DNA of 64,000 nucleotides. Source: an uncultured Gemmatimonadales bacterium. GTDB lineage: Bacteria; Gemmatimonadota; Gemmatimonadetes; Longimicrobiales; RSA9. Positions 38,295 to 47,800 of the stretch are shown here, one piece after another. The notes under the pieces are model-generated. The model worked only from the letters and a program-made list of their open reading frames with translations, had not been told where the DNA came from and did no database searches. The stretch's first letter is position 1. Each line of letters begins with the position of its first letter. Made by a program: the position numbers and the translations under genes. The stretch spans positions 253,500 to 317,499 of the forward strand of contig CAVUKA010000004.1 in assembly GCA_963741945.1 (NCBI GenBank), given 5' to 3'.

Positions 38295-39656
38295 TCACCC
38301 ACCGAACTCCGCGCGGAGCGCTTCCACGCGCTGGCGCATGCTTTCGTTCTCCTCGATCTCGCGCTCCACCTTGTTGATCGAGTGGATCACCGTGGAGTGG
38401 TCTCGCCCGCCGAAATGATCGCCGATCCGGGCGAGCGGCAGGTCGAGCAGCTCACGCATGAGGAACATGGCCACCTGCCTCGGCACCGTGACTTCCTTGG
38501 TGCGACGGCGGGACGTCAGCGCTTCGACCGGGATGTTGAATGCCTCCGCGACGCGCTTGCGGATGGATTCAGGCGTGCGCTCCGTATCCGGGGCGAGCAC
38601 GCCGCCCAGCGCTTCGCGCGCGAGCTCGATGGTGATGTCGCGCTGCGTCAGAGACGAGTAGGCCAGCAGCTTGATGACGGCTCCCTCGAGCTCGCGGACG
38701 TTGGACCGGCAGTGATGGGCGATGTACTCCAGCACCTCGTCGGAGATGACGATCTCGCCCTCGTCCGCCTTCTTGCGGAGGATCGCAACCCGCGTCTCGA
38801 GGTCGGGGCTGCGGATGTCGGTGACGAGCCCCCATTCGAACCGCGAAACCAGACGCTCCTCCAGACCCGGGATCTCCTTGGGAGGGCGGTCGCTGGTGAG
38901 CACGATCTGACGCTGCGCTTCGTACAACGCGTTGAACGTGTGGAAGAACTCCTCCTGCGTGCGCTCCTTCTCCCCCAGGAAATGGACGTCGTCGATGAGC
39001 AGCAGGTCGATCTCCCGGTAGCGCCGCCGGAATTCCGACATCCGGCCTTCCTGGATCGACGCGATCAGATCGTTCGTGAACCATTCGCTGGAGACGTATG
39101 CCACTCTCCGCGCCGGCTCACGTGCGAGCAGCACATGACCTATCGCGTGCATGAGATGCGTCTTGCCCAGCCCAACACCACCGTAGATGAACAGAGGGTT
39201 GTACATGCGGGCCGGAGACTCCGCCACCGCCCGCGCCGCCGCGGCGGCGAGCTGGTTGTTGCTCCCGACCACGAACCGCTCGAACGTGTAGCGCTCGTTC
39301 AGCGGGGCCCCCACGGGCTCCGGCGGAGCGGACACCGCGGGGATGCGCGCTGGCGCGGACTGCGCAGGGGCCGTGATGGTGGGGCCGGACGGCCGCTCTC
39401 GCCCTTCGGCGTGGTGCTGGAACGAGATGGTCAGCCTTCGCCCCAGCACCTCTTCGGCCAGGTCGGCGAGCATGCGACCATACTTGTCCTCGATCCACTC
39501 CGCGGCGAACTCGCTGCCTGCCCCGATGGCGAGCAGATCCTGCGACAGGGCAAGCGGCTCTGTTTCCGCGAGCCAGATCCGGAAGGTTGGCTCGGGGAGC
39601 GCTGTCCGGGCTCGTTCGAGGATCCGGGACCATGCCTCGAGGGCGGTTAGCTCCAT
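38295..39656 (-). CDS. dnaA: Chromosomal replication initiator DnaA
   Basis: [34 protein letters not shown] and GGRDHSTV motifs. Confidence 0.98.
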   Translation of the reverse strand: MELTALEAWSRILERARTALPEPTFRIWLAETEPLALSQDLLAIGAGSEFAAEWIEDKYGRMLADLAEEVLGRRLTISFQHHAEGRERPSGPTITAPAQSAPARIPAVSAPPEPVGAPLNERYTFERFVVGSNNQLAAAAARAVAESPARMYNPLFIYGGVGLGKTHLMHAIGHVLLAREPARRVAYVSSEWFTNDLIASIQEGRMSEFRRRYREIDLLLIDDVHFLGEKERTQEEFFHTFNALYEAQRQIVLTSDRPPKEIPGLEERLVSRFEWGLVTDIRSPDLETRVAILRKKADEGEIVISDEVLEYIAHHCRSNVRELEGAVIKLLAYSSLTQRDITIELAREALGGVLAPDTERTPESIRKRVAEAFNIPVEALTSRRRTKEVTVPRQVAMFLMRELLDLPLARIGDHFGGRDHSTVIHSINKVEREIEENESMRQRVEALRAEFGG

Positions 39657-39700
39657 CGCATCGTGTGAAAATCCAGGCAGGATTTCGGTGCCGCCCGGGC

Positions 39701-39730
39701 AAGCTAACGGGCGGGCTGCGGATGCGTCAA
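39701..39730 (-). promoter_or_regulatory. Putative dnaA promoter
   Basis: TTGACG-18 nt-TAGCTT, the same hexamers as the tRNA promoter. Confidence 0.55.
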
Positions 39731-39777
39731 CGGGCGGTCTATTGCCCGTAACCACGCGAAAAAACCCACAACCGGGC

Positions 39778-39806
39778 TTGACCACCACGGAGGCCGTCCA
39801 TATACT
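39778..39806 (+). promoter_or_regulatory. rpmH operon promoter
   Basis: TTGACC-17 nt-TATACT. Confidence 0.75.
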
Positions 39807-39846
39807 TCCGATCTTTGCAATTCACGACGAAGACTGGGGACGACCG

Positions 39847-39999
39847 ATGGGCAAGCCCACGTACAACCCGCGCAATCGGAAGCGCAAGAACAAGCACGGG
39901 TTTCTCAAGCGCATGAGCACCAGGGGTGGGCGCAAGACGCTCAACCGGCGCCGCAGCCGGGGGCGGAAGCGTCTCACCGTCCGAATCGGCAGCAAGTAG
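39847..39999 (+). CDS. rpmH: 50S ribosomal protein L34
   Basis: KPTYNP...[11 protein letters not shown]...RR.RGRKRL; divergent from dnaA. Confidence 0.97.
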   Translation: MGKPTYNPRNRKRKNKHGFLKRMSTRGGRKTLNRRRSRGRKRLTVRIGSK

Positions 40000-40009
40000 G
40001 CGGGAGCGG

Positions 40010-40399
40010 ATGGCGGACCCGCGCAGCGGGCGCGGCCGTCGTCTGCCGCGGGCGCGACGGATCACGCAAGGGTCGGAGATCCGTGCGCTGTTCAAGCGGG
40101 GGAAGCGGAGCCGGACGCCACACCTGGACGTTCTGGTTGCCGATTCCCCCCTTTCGTTTTCCCGTGTGGGAACGGTGGTGCCGAAGCACGGGAACACGGC
40201 GGTGGACCGGAACCGGCTGAAGCGCCGGCTGCGTGAGGTCCTCCGGACGGAGCTGGTGCCGTTCCTGGACGAGGCCTCGCTGGAAGTCGATGTCCTGGTG
40301 CGGGCGCGAAGGGAAGCCTACCAGGCCGGATTTCGCGAGATCTCCGATGAACTGAGAGCGTGGAGGGAGGGGAGATGGCGCGGGTCTTCCTCGCCCTGA
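40010..40399 (+). CDS. rnpA: Ribonuclease P protein component
   Basis: [13 protein letters not shown] (RNR motif); synteny. Confidence 0.93.
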   Translation: MADPRSGRGRRLPRARRITQGSEIRALFKRGKRSRTPHLDVLVADSPLSFSRVGTVVPKHGNTAVDRNRLKRRLREVLRTELVPFLDEASLEVDVLVRARREAYQAGFREISDELRAWREGRWRGSSSP

Positions 40400-40632
40400 T
40401 CCGGTTCTACCGGCGAGCGATCTCGCCGATGACGCCGCCCGCGTGCCGGTTCACGCCGACGTGCTCCGCGTACGCGGAAGAGGCGGTCCGGCGCCACGGC
40501 GCGGCGCGGGGTGGCTGGCTGGCGCTGCGCCGCCTGTTGAAGTGCCACCCGCTCGGACCGAGCGGGTTCGACCCGGTGCCGCCGGCAAGGCGGAGCCGAA
40601 ACGACCATAACGAGTCATCGATGAACGATTGA
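40375..40632 (+). CDS. yidD: Membrane protein insertion efficiency factor
   Basis: [10 protein letters not shown] and CHP...G.DPVP motifs. Confidence 0.95.
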   Translation: MARVFLALIRFYRRAISPMTPPACRFTPTCSAYAEEAVRRHGAARGGWLALRRLLKCHPLGPSGFDPVPPARRSRNDHNESSMND

Positions 40633-42350
40633 TGGAAGGCCCAAGATTCCTGCTGGCGATCGTTCTTTCGATCGCAGTGGTCCTGCTCGTCAACGTCCTG
40701 TTTCCGCCAACGCGGCCGGAACAGGGAATGCGGCCGGACAGCGCACTGGTGGATACACTCGCCGGCACAGGCCGCGCTGTCCCGGACACGCTCGCGCCAT
40801 CCGGCCCCGGCGCCCAGCGGGCGCCCGGCCCCGCCCCCGGCCAGCCGCTCCTGCCGCCGTCCGCAGCGGAGGCCGAGGGGGTGGCGAATGCCGAACAGGC
40901 GGGACCGGCCGCGGACACGGTGTGGGTCCAGAGCGATGTGGCGCGGTACGGGATTTCGACGCGCGGGGGAGCCCTCGTTTCCGTGGAGCTGCTGAATTTC
41001 GGTTCGGGGGTCGGCCCCGGGCCGGTGCAGCTCGTCGAGCCGACCGAGCCGGATCTCCTGGATCTTTCGCTTCGCGTGGACGACCAGGTGTTCCCGCTCG
41101 ATCGCGTCATCTTCCAGTCCTCCGTTCCCGCCGGCGACACACTGCACGCTGATTCGGCGTCGCCCATCCGGCTCACGGCCGATGTCAACGGCGCCACCAT
41201 CGAGCTGGAGTACAGCTTCACGGATGAGCGCTACCTCGTCGAGCTGAACGGTCAGGTGCAGGGTGCCGGGGGGAACACCACGCTGCTCGTGGGGCTCGGT
41301 CCGCGAATCGCCATCACCGAATCCGATTCGGCCCAGGACCTTCGCAACATGTCCTACGTGGTCAACTCGACGGAGCGGGGGATCGAGAGCGTCCGCCTCG
41401 CCAAGGTCGAGGGCAACCGCGTCGAGGAAGGGCCGCTGACCTGGGTGGCGTTGCGCAACAAGTACTTCCTCGCCGCGGTGATGCACCCGAAGGAGAGTGA
41501 AGCAGCGTTCGGTGGCGTTCTCGCGGAAGGCGGTCCGCAGGGTCTGCAGAAGCTGCAGGCGACGCTTCCCCTGGATCGGAGCGGGGGCTTCGACATACGG
41601 CTTTTCTTCGGGCCGCAGGACTACGGCCGCCTGTCCGCTCTGGGCGAGGGGCTGGAGGACGTGAACCCGTACGGCTGGCGCGTCTTCCGGCCGATCATCC
41701 GGCCGGTGGCGCACATCGTCATCTGGCTGCTGACGTCGCTCCACAACGTCCTGGGGATCGGCTACGGGTGGGTCCTGATCCTCTTCGGGATCGCCATCAG
41801 GGTCCTGCTGTGGCCCCTGAACGCGCGGGCGATGCGGTCGCAGCTGAAGACCATGGAGCTGCAGCCCCGGATCAAGGAGATCCAGAGCAAGTACAAGGAC
41901 AAGCCGGAGCTGCTTCAGAAGGAGATGACGCGGCTGTATCGTGAGGAAGGATTCAACCCGCTGGGCGGCTGCCTCCCCATGCTGCTGCCATGGCCGATCC
42001 TGATCACGCTCTTCTTCGTGTTCCAGAACACCATCGAGTTCCGGGGCGTGGGCTTCCTGTGGCTCCCGGACCTCTCGCAGGCGGATCCGCTCTACATCCT
42101 GCCGATCCTCATGGGCGTGTCGCTGTTCGCACTGCAGTACATGAACATGCGCGCGGCACCGCAGGACAATCCGCAGCAGAAGATGATGATGTACTTCATG
42201 CCCGTGATGATGACGGTGCTCTTCCTGCGCTTCGCCTCGGGGCTGAACCTGTACTATGCGGCGTCGAACGTGGCGTCGCTGCCCCAGCAGATCCAGATCA
42301 TCAGTGAGCGGAAGAGGGCGCGGGCGCGGATGGTGGCGAAGAAGGAGTAG
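40632..42350 (+). CDS. yidC: Membrane protein insertase YidC
   Basis: N-terminal TM, periplasmic domain, GGCLPML, FLWLPDLSQADP, GLNLYY. Confidence 0.95.
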   Translation: MEGPRFLLAIVLSIAVVLLVNVLFPPTRPEQGMRPDSALVDTLAGTGRAVPDTLAPSGPGAQRAPGPAPGQPLLPPSAAEAEGVANAEQAGPAADTVWVQSDVARYGISTRGGALVSVELLNFGSGVGPGPVQLVEPTEPDLLDLSLRVDDQVFPLDRVIFQSSVPAGDTLHADSASPIRLTADVNGATIELEYSFTDERYLVELNGQVQGAGGNTTLLVGLGPRIAITESDSAQDLRNMSYVVNSTERGIESVRLAKVEGNRVEEGPLTWVALRNKYFLAAVMHPKESEAAFGGVLAEGGPQGLQKLQATLPLDRSGGFDIRLFFGPQDYGRLSALGEGLEDVNPYGWRVFRPIIRPVAHIVIWLLTSLHNVLGIGYGWVLILFGIAIRVLLWPLNARAMRSQLKTMELQPRIKEIQSKYKDKPELLQKEMTRLYREEGFNPLGGCLPMLLPWPILITLFFVFQNTIEFRGVGFLWLPDLSQADPLYILPILMGVSLFALQYMNMRAAPQDNPQQKMMMYFMPVMMTVLFLRFASGLNLYYAASNVASLPQQIQIISERKRARARMVAKKE

Positions 42351-42365
42351 CGGTCGGGCGCCCCG

Positions 42366-42660
42366 CTACCGCAGGATCTCGAACCGGGCCGGGAGATCGT
42401 CGCGGCCCGGTTCCGTTTCGTCCACCGCCTGGACGTGAGCGCCGGGTGGCCCCTCGAGGAGCGCCTTCCGGAGCTCCGCCAGGGAAGACGCCGGGCCGAC
42501 GGCCTCCACTTCCACAGTGCCGTCGCGAGCGTTGCGCACGGTTCCGCCCAGACCGAGCTCGCCGGCGGTGTGTCTCGTCCACCAGCGGAACCCCACGCCC
42601 TGCACCCGGCCGCGCACGACCCAGGCCCTGCGGGTCTGTTCTTCAAGGCGCGGCCGTCAT
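42366..42660 (-). CDS. acyP: Acylphosphatase; 5' end frameshifted near 42645
   Basis: GRVQGVGFR, G.VRN..DGTVE and GPPGA motifs; no in-frame start upstream of the first beta strand, and the RBS-preceded ATG at 42660 is one base out of frame. Confidence 0.85.
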
Positions 42661-44377
42661 TGGGCTCCCTTCGGCCACGGTTTCGAGGCTCCGGAGGCGG
42701 TTCAACACCGCGCCCAGCTCGAAGATACGGAATTCCGCCAGCTCCCCGATCTCGTGGGGGTGCACCGCCACGATGCCCCGGGCGGCAAGGCTGTCCAGCA
42801 CAGCGCGCAGTGCGCCTTCCATCGAGCGCGCTCCGTCGATCGCTTCGCTCCGGGCCAGGACCAGAGCATGGGCGATGGCCCGCGTCTGCGCCACTTCCAC
42901 GATCTGCTCCACCGCGGCGAGATCGAGGTGCTGCCGCCCGAAATCCACCCGGTCCACCGAGCGCACGCGGATCGAGACCGGCCGGCGTCCGCGCGAAGGG
43001 TCCACGGAACCGGGCAGGGGCGCGCGCGGGCGAATGCTCGTCCAGCCCTCCGCCTCCTGCCGCCGGTCCGTGGGGAGCGCTTCCGCGACCTCCCACGCTT
43101 CCGATGTGACGTTTTCCGGGCGGTATTGCTTCATTGCAACCACGGTGTCGGCCACGTCGAAATAGTCGCCGGAGCCCCCCACCACCACGATCGTCGAGAC
43201 GCCCCGCTCCCGGTACAGGGGGGCCACGCGATCGATGAACGGCGTGATGGGCTCGTGCTCCGGCGCGATCAGCCGCTGCATCCGCGCGTCGCGGATCATG
43301 AAATTGGTGGCAGAAGTGTCCTCGTCCAGCAGGAGCGTGCGCGCGCCGAGCTCCAGCGCCTCCACGATCGCGGCCGCCTGCGACGTGGAGCCGCTGGCAT
43401 TGAGCGTCTCGAAGCGCGTGGTGTCCTCGCCGCCCGGGAGGCGCCCGATGAAGTTGGAGATGTCCGTTCCGGCGACGTGGCGGCCATCCTCGGCGCGCAC
43501 TTTCACGGCGGTCGGGTCCGTCACCACGCGCTCCCTGCCATCTCCCGGCACGTGATCGTAGACCCCGCGCTCGATGGCCCGGAGCAGCGTGGACTTGCCG
43601 TGGTAGCCGCCCCCCACGATGAGGGTGACGCCGCGGGGAACCCCCATCCCGGTCGATGGGCCCGGCGTTGGGAGTGCTCAGCTGGACGCGAAGGGAGTGG
43701 GGACTATGGAACGGGATGGCCGCCGGTCCCGGAAGCGGTCGGTCGTCGACGCCGGTGCGCCGCGCGAGAGACGCACCGTCCGCAACGAAAGCGATGAGGC
43801 CGGCACTGTCCAGCGCCTCACGCAGCGCGCAGGCATCCTCGACCACGTGGAGATGCGTGCGCAGCGCGTGGGCATCCAGGGCCGCGAAGAACAGTGAGCC
43901 GTCGAGCGCGTCCAGTGCGCGACCGACCAGTGCCGCCGCGGCATGCCCGAGGATGCGGCGGCCGCGCGCGGGGAGCCCTACGCGGAAGCGCGCCACCAGG
44001 CTGCCGGCTTCATCGAACTCCACGCTGGAGCGGGCCAGGACCTCCTGTCCCGGCTGCAGGATCGAAAGCTGACCCGACCTGCCCGAGCCCTCGCCGCCGG
44101 CGCCCTCCTGGAGCGCTTCGGCCAGGTGGCGATTGATGAAATCGGCGGCAGCGCGGCGGCGTGGCGGGGACGAGCGCGTCCATTCGGGGTAGCCGCCCGC
44201 GTCCGGGGGGAGGGAAGCGCGGAACCGGCTCGGCTCGGCGAAGGGATCCCCCTGGACGTGATCGATGTGGAGCGTGAAGCGCCCGGCGTCGTAGGCGCCC
44301 TGGACGTCCTTGTACGCCTTGTAGCCTCGGCCGTCGAGGCGCTGGAGGTGGTGCTTGAGGTGGGAGACGTCCGGCAT
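42643..44377 (-). CDS. Predicted ABC-class ATPase (PF09818/MRB1590-like); frameshifted near 43654
   Basis: DHVQGDPFA, GGGYHGKSTLL, RAEDGR, ASGSTSQAA and DEDTSATNFMIRD motifs; removing one base restores GPITGMGVPRG. Confidence 0.85.
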
Positions 44378-44394
44378 CGGCGGTTTCGGTGGCA

Positions 44395-44410
44395 TGTTTC
44401 ACGTGAAACG
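44395..44410. promoter_or_regulatory. parS site 1
   Basis: TGTTTCACGTGAAACG vs consensus TGTTTCACGTGAAACA. Confidence 0.92.
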
Positions 44411-44454
44411 CGGGCGTCCGGGCGGAGGATGCAGGTTTCGGTCCCGGCCCCCGA

Positions 44455-44470
44455 TGTTTCACGTGGAACG
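44455..44470. promoter_or_regulatory. parS site 2
   Basis: TGTTTCACGTGGAACG, 60 bp from site 1 and upstream of parA. Confidence 0.9.
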
Positions 44471-44596
44471 TGGCCCCGGTCCCGGAGCCGGCCGCCCGCG
44501 CTCCCCGCCATCGGAAGAATGCCGGCCGCTGTCGCGTTCCGGCGCGGATGCCTATATTCACGGCGTCCGAACCAACCCCCAACAACCCCGGGCTGC

Positions 44597-45409
44597 ATGT
44601 CACGCGTCATCGCCATTGCGAACCAGAAGGGCGGGGTAGGAAAGACCACGACCGCGATCAATCTCGGCGCGTGTCTCGCCGTTGCCGAGAAGAAGACCCT
44701 GATCGTGGACATCGATCCGCAGGGAAATGCCACCAGCGGGCTCGGCATCCAGCGAGGCGAGGTGGAGCACTCGGTCTACGACGTGCTGGTGGAAGGGACC
44801 GCAGTGGGGCAGGCGGCGCAGCGGGAGGTTCATTTCCCGTACCTGGACGTGGTCTCATCGACGCGGGACCTGGTGGGTGCGGAAGTGGAGCTGGTGAGCC
44901 GGACCGACCGGGAGCTGGTGCTGCGCCGGGCGCTGGAGCCGGTGCGGTCGGAGTACGACTACGTGCTGGTGGACTGTCCGCCGTCGCTGGGGCTTCTGAC
45001 CCTGAACACGATGGCGGCGGCGGACTCCGTGCTGATCCCGATCCAGTGCGAGTTTTACGCGCTGGAGGGACTGTCGCAGCTTCTCAACACGGTGCGGCTG
45101 GTGCAGCGTAATCTCAATACAGGCCTACAGATAGACGGTGTGCTGCTGACGATGTTCGATCAGCGGCTGAACCTGTCGAAGCAGGTGGCGGAGGAAGCGA
45201 AGGAGTATTTCGGCGACCGGGTGTACGAGACGGTCATTCCCCGCAACGTGCGGCTGGCGGAGGCCCCCAGCTTCGGCAAGCCGATCATCCTGTACGACAT
45301 CCTTTCCGCGGGGGCGCAGGCGTATCTGGCGCTCGCGCGGGAGATCATGAATCGCGACCAGCGACGTTCCCGTCCGAAGTCGGCGGGGACCGCTGCGGCG
45401 GAGTCCTGA
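44597..45409 (+). CDS. parA: Chromosome partitioning ATPase ParA/Soj
   Basis: NQKGGVGKTTT, DPQGNAT, DCPPSLG and RNVRLAEAPS motifs. Confidence 0.97.
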   Translation: MSRVIAIANQKGGVGKTTTAINLGACLAVAEKKTLIVDIDPQGNATSGLGIQRGEVEHSVYDVLVEGTAVGQAAQREVHFPYLDVVSSTRDLVGAEVELVSRTDRELVLRRALEPVRSEYDYVLVDCPPSLGLLTLNTMAAADSVLIPIQCEFYALEGLSQLLNTVRLVQRNLNTGLQIDGVLLTMFDQRLNLSKQVAEEAKEYFGDRVYETVIPRNVRLAEAPSFGKPIILYDILSAGAQAYLALAREIMNRDQRRSRPKSAGTAAAES

Positions 45410-45426
45410 GCACCACGGAGCGCCCG

Positions 45427-46320
45427 ATGGCCAAGAAGGACCGGCTCGGCAAGGGCCTCGGCGCCCTCCTCGGCGAGTACCTGGGGGAGAGCATGGAGAC
45501 GGCGGAGGCCCGAACCGTTCCCGTGAGCGCTGTCCATCCGAACCCCTTCCAGCCGCGGCGGGAGTTCAAGGAGGAGGAGCTGGCGGAGCTGGCCACCTCG
45601 ATCCGGGAGAACGGGCTGCTCCAACCGATCGTGGTTCGCCCGGCCGGGAACCGGCACGGGACGGACCGGTGGGAACTGGTGGCGGGGGAGCGGCGCTGGC
45701 GCGCCGTGACCCGGCTCGGGTGGAAGGACGTCCCCGCGCTGGTGCGGGAGGTGGACGACCGCACGCTCCTGGTACTGGCGCTGGTAGAGAACCTGCAGCG
45801 CTCGGGGCTGAGCGCGCTGGAGGAGGCGGAGGGCTACCATCAGCTCCAGGAGGAGTTCGGGCTGACGCAGCAGGAGGTGGCATCGGCGGTCGGACGGGAC
45901 AGGTCGACCGTCGCTAACATGTTGCGGCTCTTGCAGTTACCGGCATCCGTCCGGCGCATGGTGGAGGTCGGCGAGTTGAGCGCGGGACACGCCCGTGCCC
46001 TCCTCGGCCTCCCGGACGGCCGGCGGATGGCGGAGCTGGCGCGGCAGGCGGTGGAGCAGGACTGGTCGGTGCGCGAGATGGAGAGCCGGATCCAGAAGGA
46101 CCGGCCGAAGGGGCGACAGCGGAAGCGGCGCGCGGCGGCGCCGCCGGCGCACCGGGCGTTGGAGACGGCGCTGGAGCGGGTGCTGGGCACGCAGGTCCGG
46201 ATCCGACAGACGCGTGGCGGCAGCAAGGGCAGGATCGAAGTGTCGTACTATGACGCGGAGGATTTCGAACGGGTGTTCGAGCTCCTGGCGGGCCAGGCCG
46301 CGGTGGACGTGGTGTCCTGA
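45427..46320 (+). CDS. parB: Chromosome partitioning protein ParB/Spo0J
   Basis: LGKGLGALL, NPFQPR, AGERRWRA (GxxR), ENLQR, HTH RSTVAN. Confidence 0.97.
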   Translation: MAKKDRLGKGLGALLGEYLGESMETAEARTVPVSAVHPNPFQPRREFKEEELAELATSIRENGLLQPIVVRPAGNRHGTDRWELVAGERRWRAVTRLGWKDVPALVREVDDRTLLVLALVENLQRSGLSALEEAEGYHQLQEEFGLTQQEVASAVGRDRSTVANMLRLLQLPASVRRMVEVGELSAGHARALLGLPDGRRMAELARQAVEQDWSVREMESRIQKDRPKGRQRKRRAAAPPAHRALETALERVLGTQVRIRQTRGGSKGRIEVSYYDAEDFERVFELLAGQAAVDVVS

Positions 46321-46323
46321 GCA

Positions 46324-47097
46324 ATGGCGGACGATCGCCGGCTGTCGTTCATCGTGGTGCCGCACGGGGATCTCGAGACCCGCACGTACGAGATCTCCTA
46401 CAGGGCGGTGAAGGCGCTCCTGGTGGTGGGCGCGTTGCTTCTGGTGATTTTCGTGGTGATGGTGTCATCGTGGTGGTTCGTGGCGGCGCAGGCGGCGCGT
46501 GTGCGTGGGCTCGAGCAGCAGGTGACACGCCTGGAGGCGGAGCGGACGAAGGTCGCGGACCTGGCGCGGAGCCTGGCGCAGGCGGAAGAACAGTACGAAC
46601 GGGTCCGTCAGCTGCTGGGGGTGGAGGGTGCGGACGGCAGGCAGGAAATGGCGCTGCCCCCGCTGCGCCCGACGGAAGGCGGGGCGGGCATGGGCCGGAC
46701 CGAGGCCATGCGTCCGACGGCCTGGCCCCTGGCGCAGGCCGGGTTCATCACCCAGCGTCGGCTGGTGGCGGGCGAAGGCCGCGACACCCATCCGGGGCTC
46801 GACATCGCGGTGCCCGCCGACAGCTACATCCGCGCTGCCGGCGCGGGCACGGTCGAGGACGCGGGGGTGGACGACGTCTACGGTCGCTATATTCTCATCG
46901 ACCACGGGGATGGCCTGGAAACGATGTATGGCCATGCCTCACGGATTTTCGTGGCGAAGGGAGACACGGTGGAGCGGAACCAGGTGATCGCGCTGAGCGG
47001 GTCCACGGGGCGCTCCACCGCGCCGCACCTTCATTTCGAGATCAGAAAGAACGGCGAGCCGGTGGACCCGCTGGAGTACGTCCGGCAGCCGTCCTGA
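46324..47097 (+). CDS. Membrane-anchored coiled-coil M23 peptidase
   Basis: TM segment + coiled coil; HPGLD, YGH and STAPHLH motifs. Confidence 0.92.
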   Translation: MADDRRLSFIVVPHGDLETRTYEISYRAVKALLVVGALLLVIFVVMVSSWWFVAAQAARVRGLEQQVTRLEAERTKVADLARSLAQAEEQYERVRQLLGVEGADGRQEMALPPLRPTEGGAGMGRTEAMRPTAWPLAQAGFITQRRLVAGEGRDTHPGLDIAVPADSYIRAAGAGTVEDAGVDDVYGRYILIDHGDGLETMYGHASRIFVAKGDTVERNQVIALSGSTGRSTAPHLHFEIRKNGEPVDPLEYVRQPS

Positions 47098-47119
47098 TGC
47101 TTCCCAAACCAGACTGGCG

Positions 47120-47566
47120 GTGATGCTGATGGCAAAGAGCGATTACGACAACGCCACGCAACCAGGACGCGAAGGCGTCATCTCCATCATCGGGCCCGGC
47201 ATGCGCGTGGTGGGCGACTGCGACACCCAGGGAACCCTCCGCATCGAAGGCTCCGTCGAAGGGAGCGTTCGCGCCGCGAAAGCCGTGGTGCTCGGAAAGG
47301 ACGGCGTGGTCGATGGCGACATCGCCACCCAGGATGCCGTGATCGGCGGCCGCGTGACCGGCACCATCACTGCCGAGAGTCGGCTCGAGCTCCAGGCCAC
47401 CTGCGTCATCGAAGGCGAGATCCGGGCGCGCCGCATCAAGCTCGAGGAGGGCGGCACGGTGAACGGCACGGTACATATCGGAGACATCTCCGGTGCGGCG
47501 GCGAAGAGCTCCGGCGCCCGGACGGGAACGCCGGAGTCGAGCGGCCGCGCCGCGTCTCCCGGCTGA
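47120..47566 (+). CDS. Bactofilin (polymer-forming cytoskeletal protein)
   Basis: SIIG.G..V.G, LRIEG.VEG and I.G.V.G beta-helix repeats. Confidence 0.92.
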   Translation: MMLMAKSDYDNATQPGREGVISIIGPGMRVVGDCDTQGTLRIEGSVEGSVRAAKAVVLGKDGVVDGDIATQDAVIGGRVTGTITAESRLELQATCVIEGEIRARRIKLEEGGTVNGTVHIGDISGAAAKSSGARTGTPESSGRAASPG

Positions 47567-47573
47567 GTCCACC

Positions 47574-47620
47574 CGGGCTGCCGCGGCGCGGGCTGCCGCG
47601 GCGCCAGCCGCCGCGGCAGC
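47574..47620 (+). repeat. 15-bp tandem repeat forming a GC-rich hairpin after bactofilin
   Basis: CGGGCTGCCGCGGCG twice, followed by the complementary CGCCGCGGCAGC. Confidence 0.55.
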
Positions 47621-47667
47621 GGCCCGCGCCCACTCCCGCATGCATCTCCGCGCCCGAAGCGCCCGAG

Positions 47668-47791
47668 TTGTCCACATTTTGCCCCGGGCGCGCAACTCCT
47701 TATATGACAACCCGTTAGGGGCTTTGTTCTCCCACGCGACATCGGTGTGTGGAGAACCCGGGGCGTTTATCCACAGGAATAGCGTGGAGAG
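47668..47791. promoter_or_regulatory. Second DnaA-box cluster
   Basis: TTGTCCACA 47668, TGTGGAGAA 47748, perfect TTATCCACA 47767, weaker box at 47783; AT-rich core. Confidence 0.7.
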
Positions 47792-47800
47792 AGGACTGTC

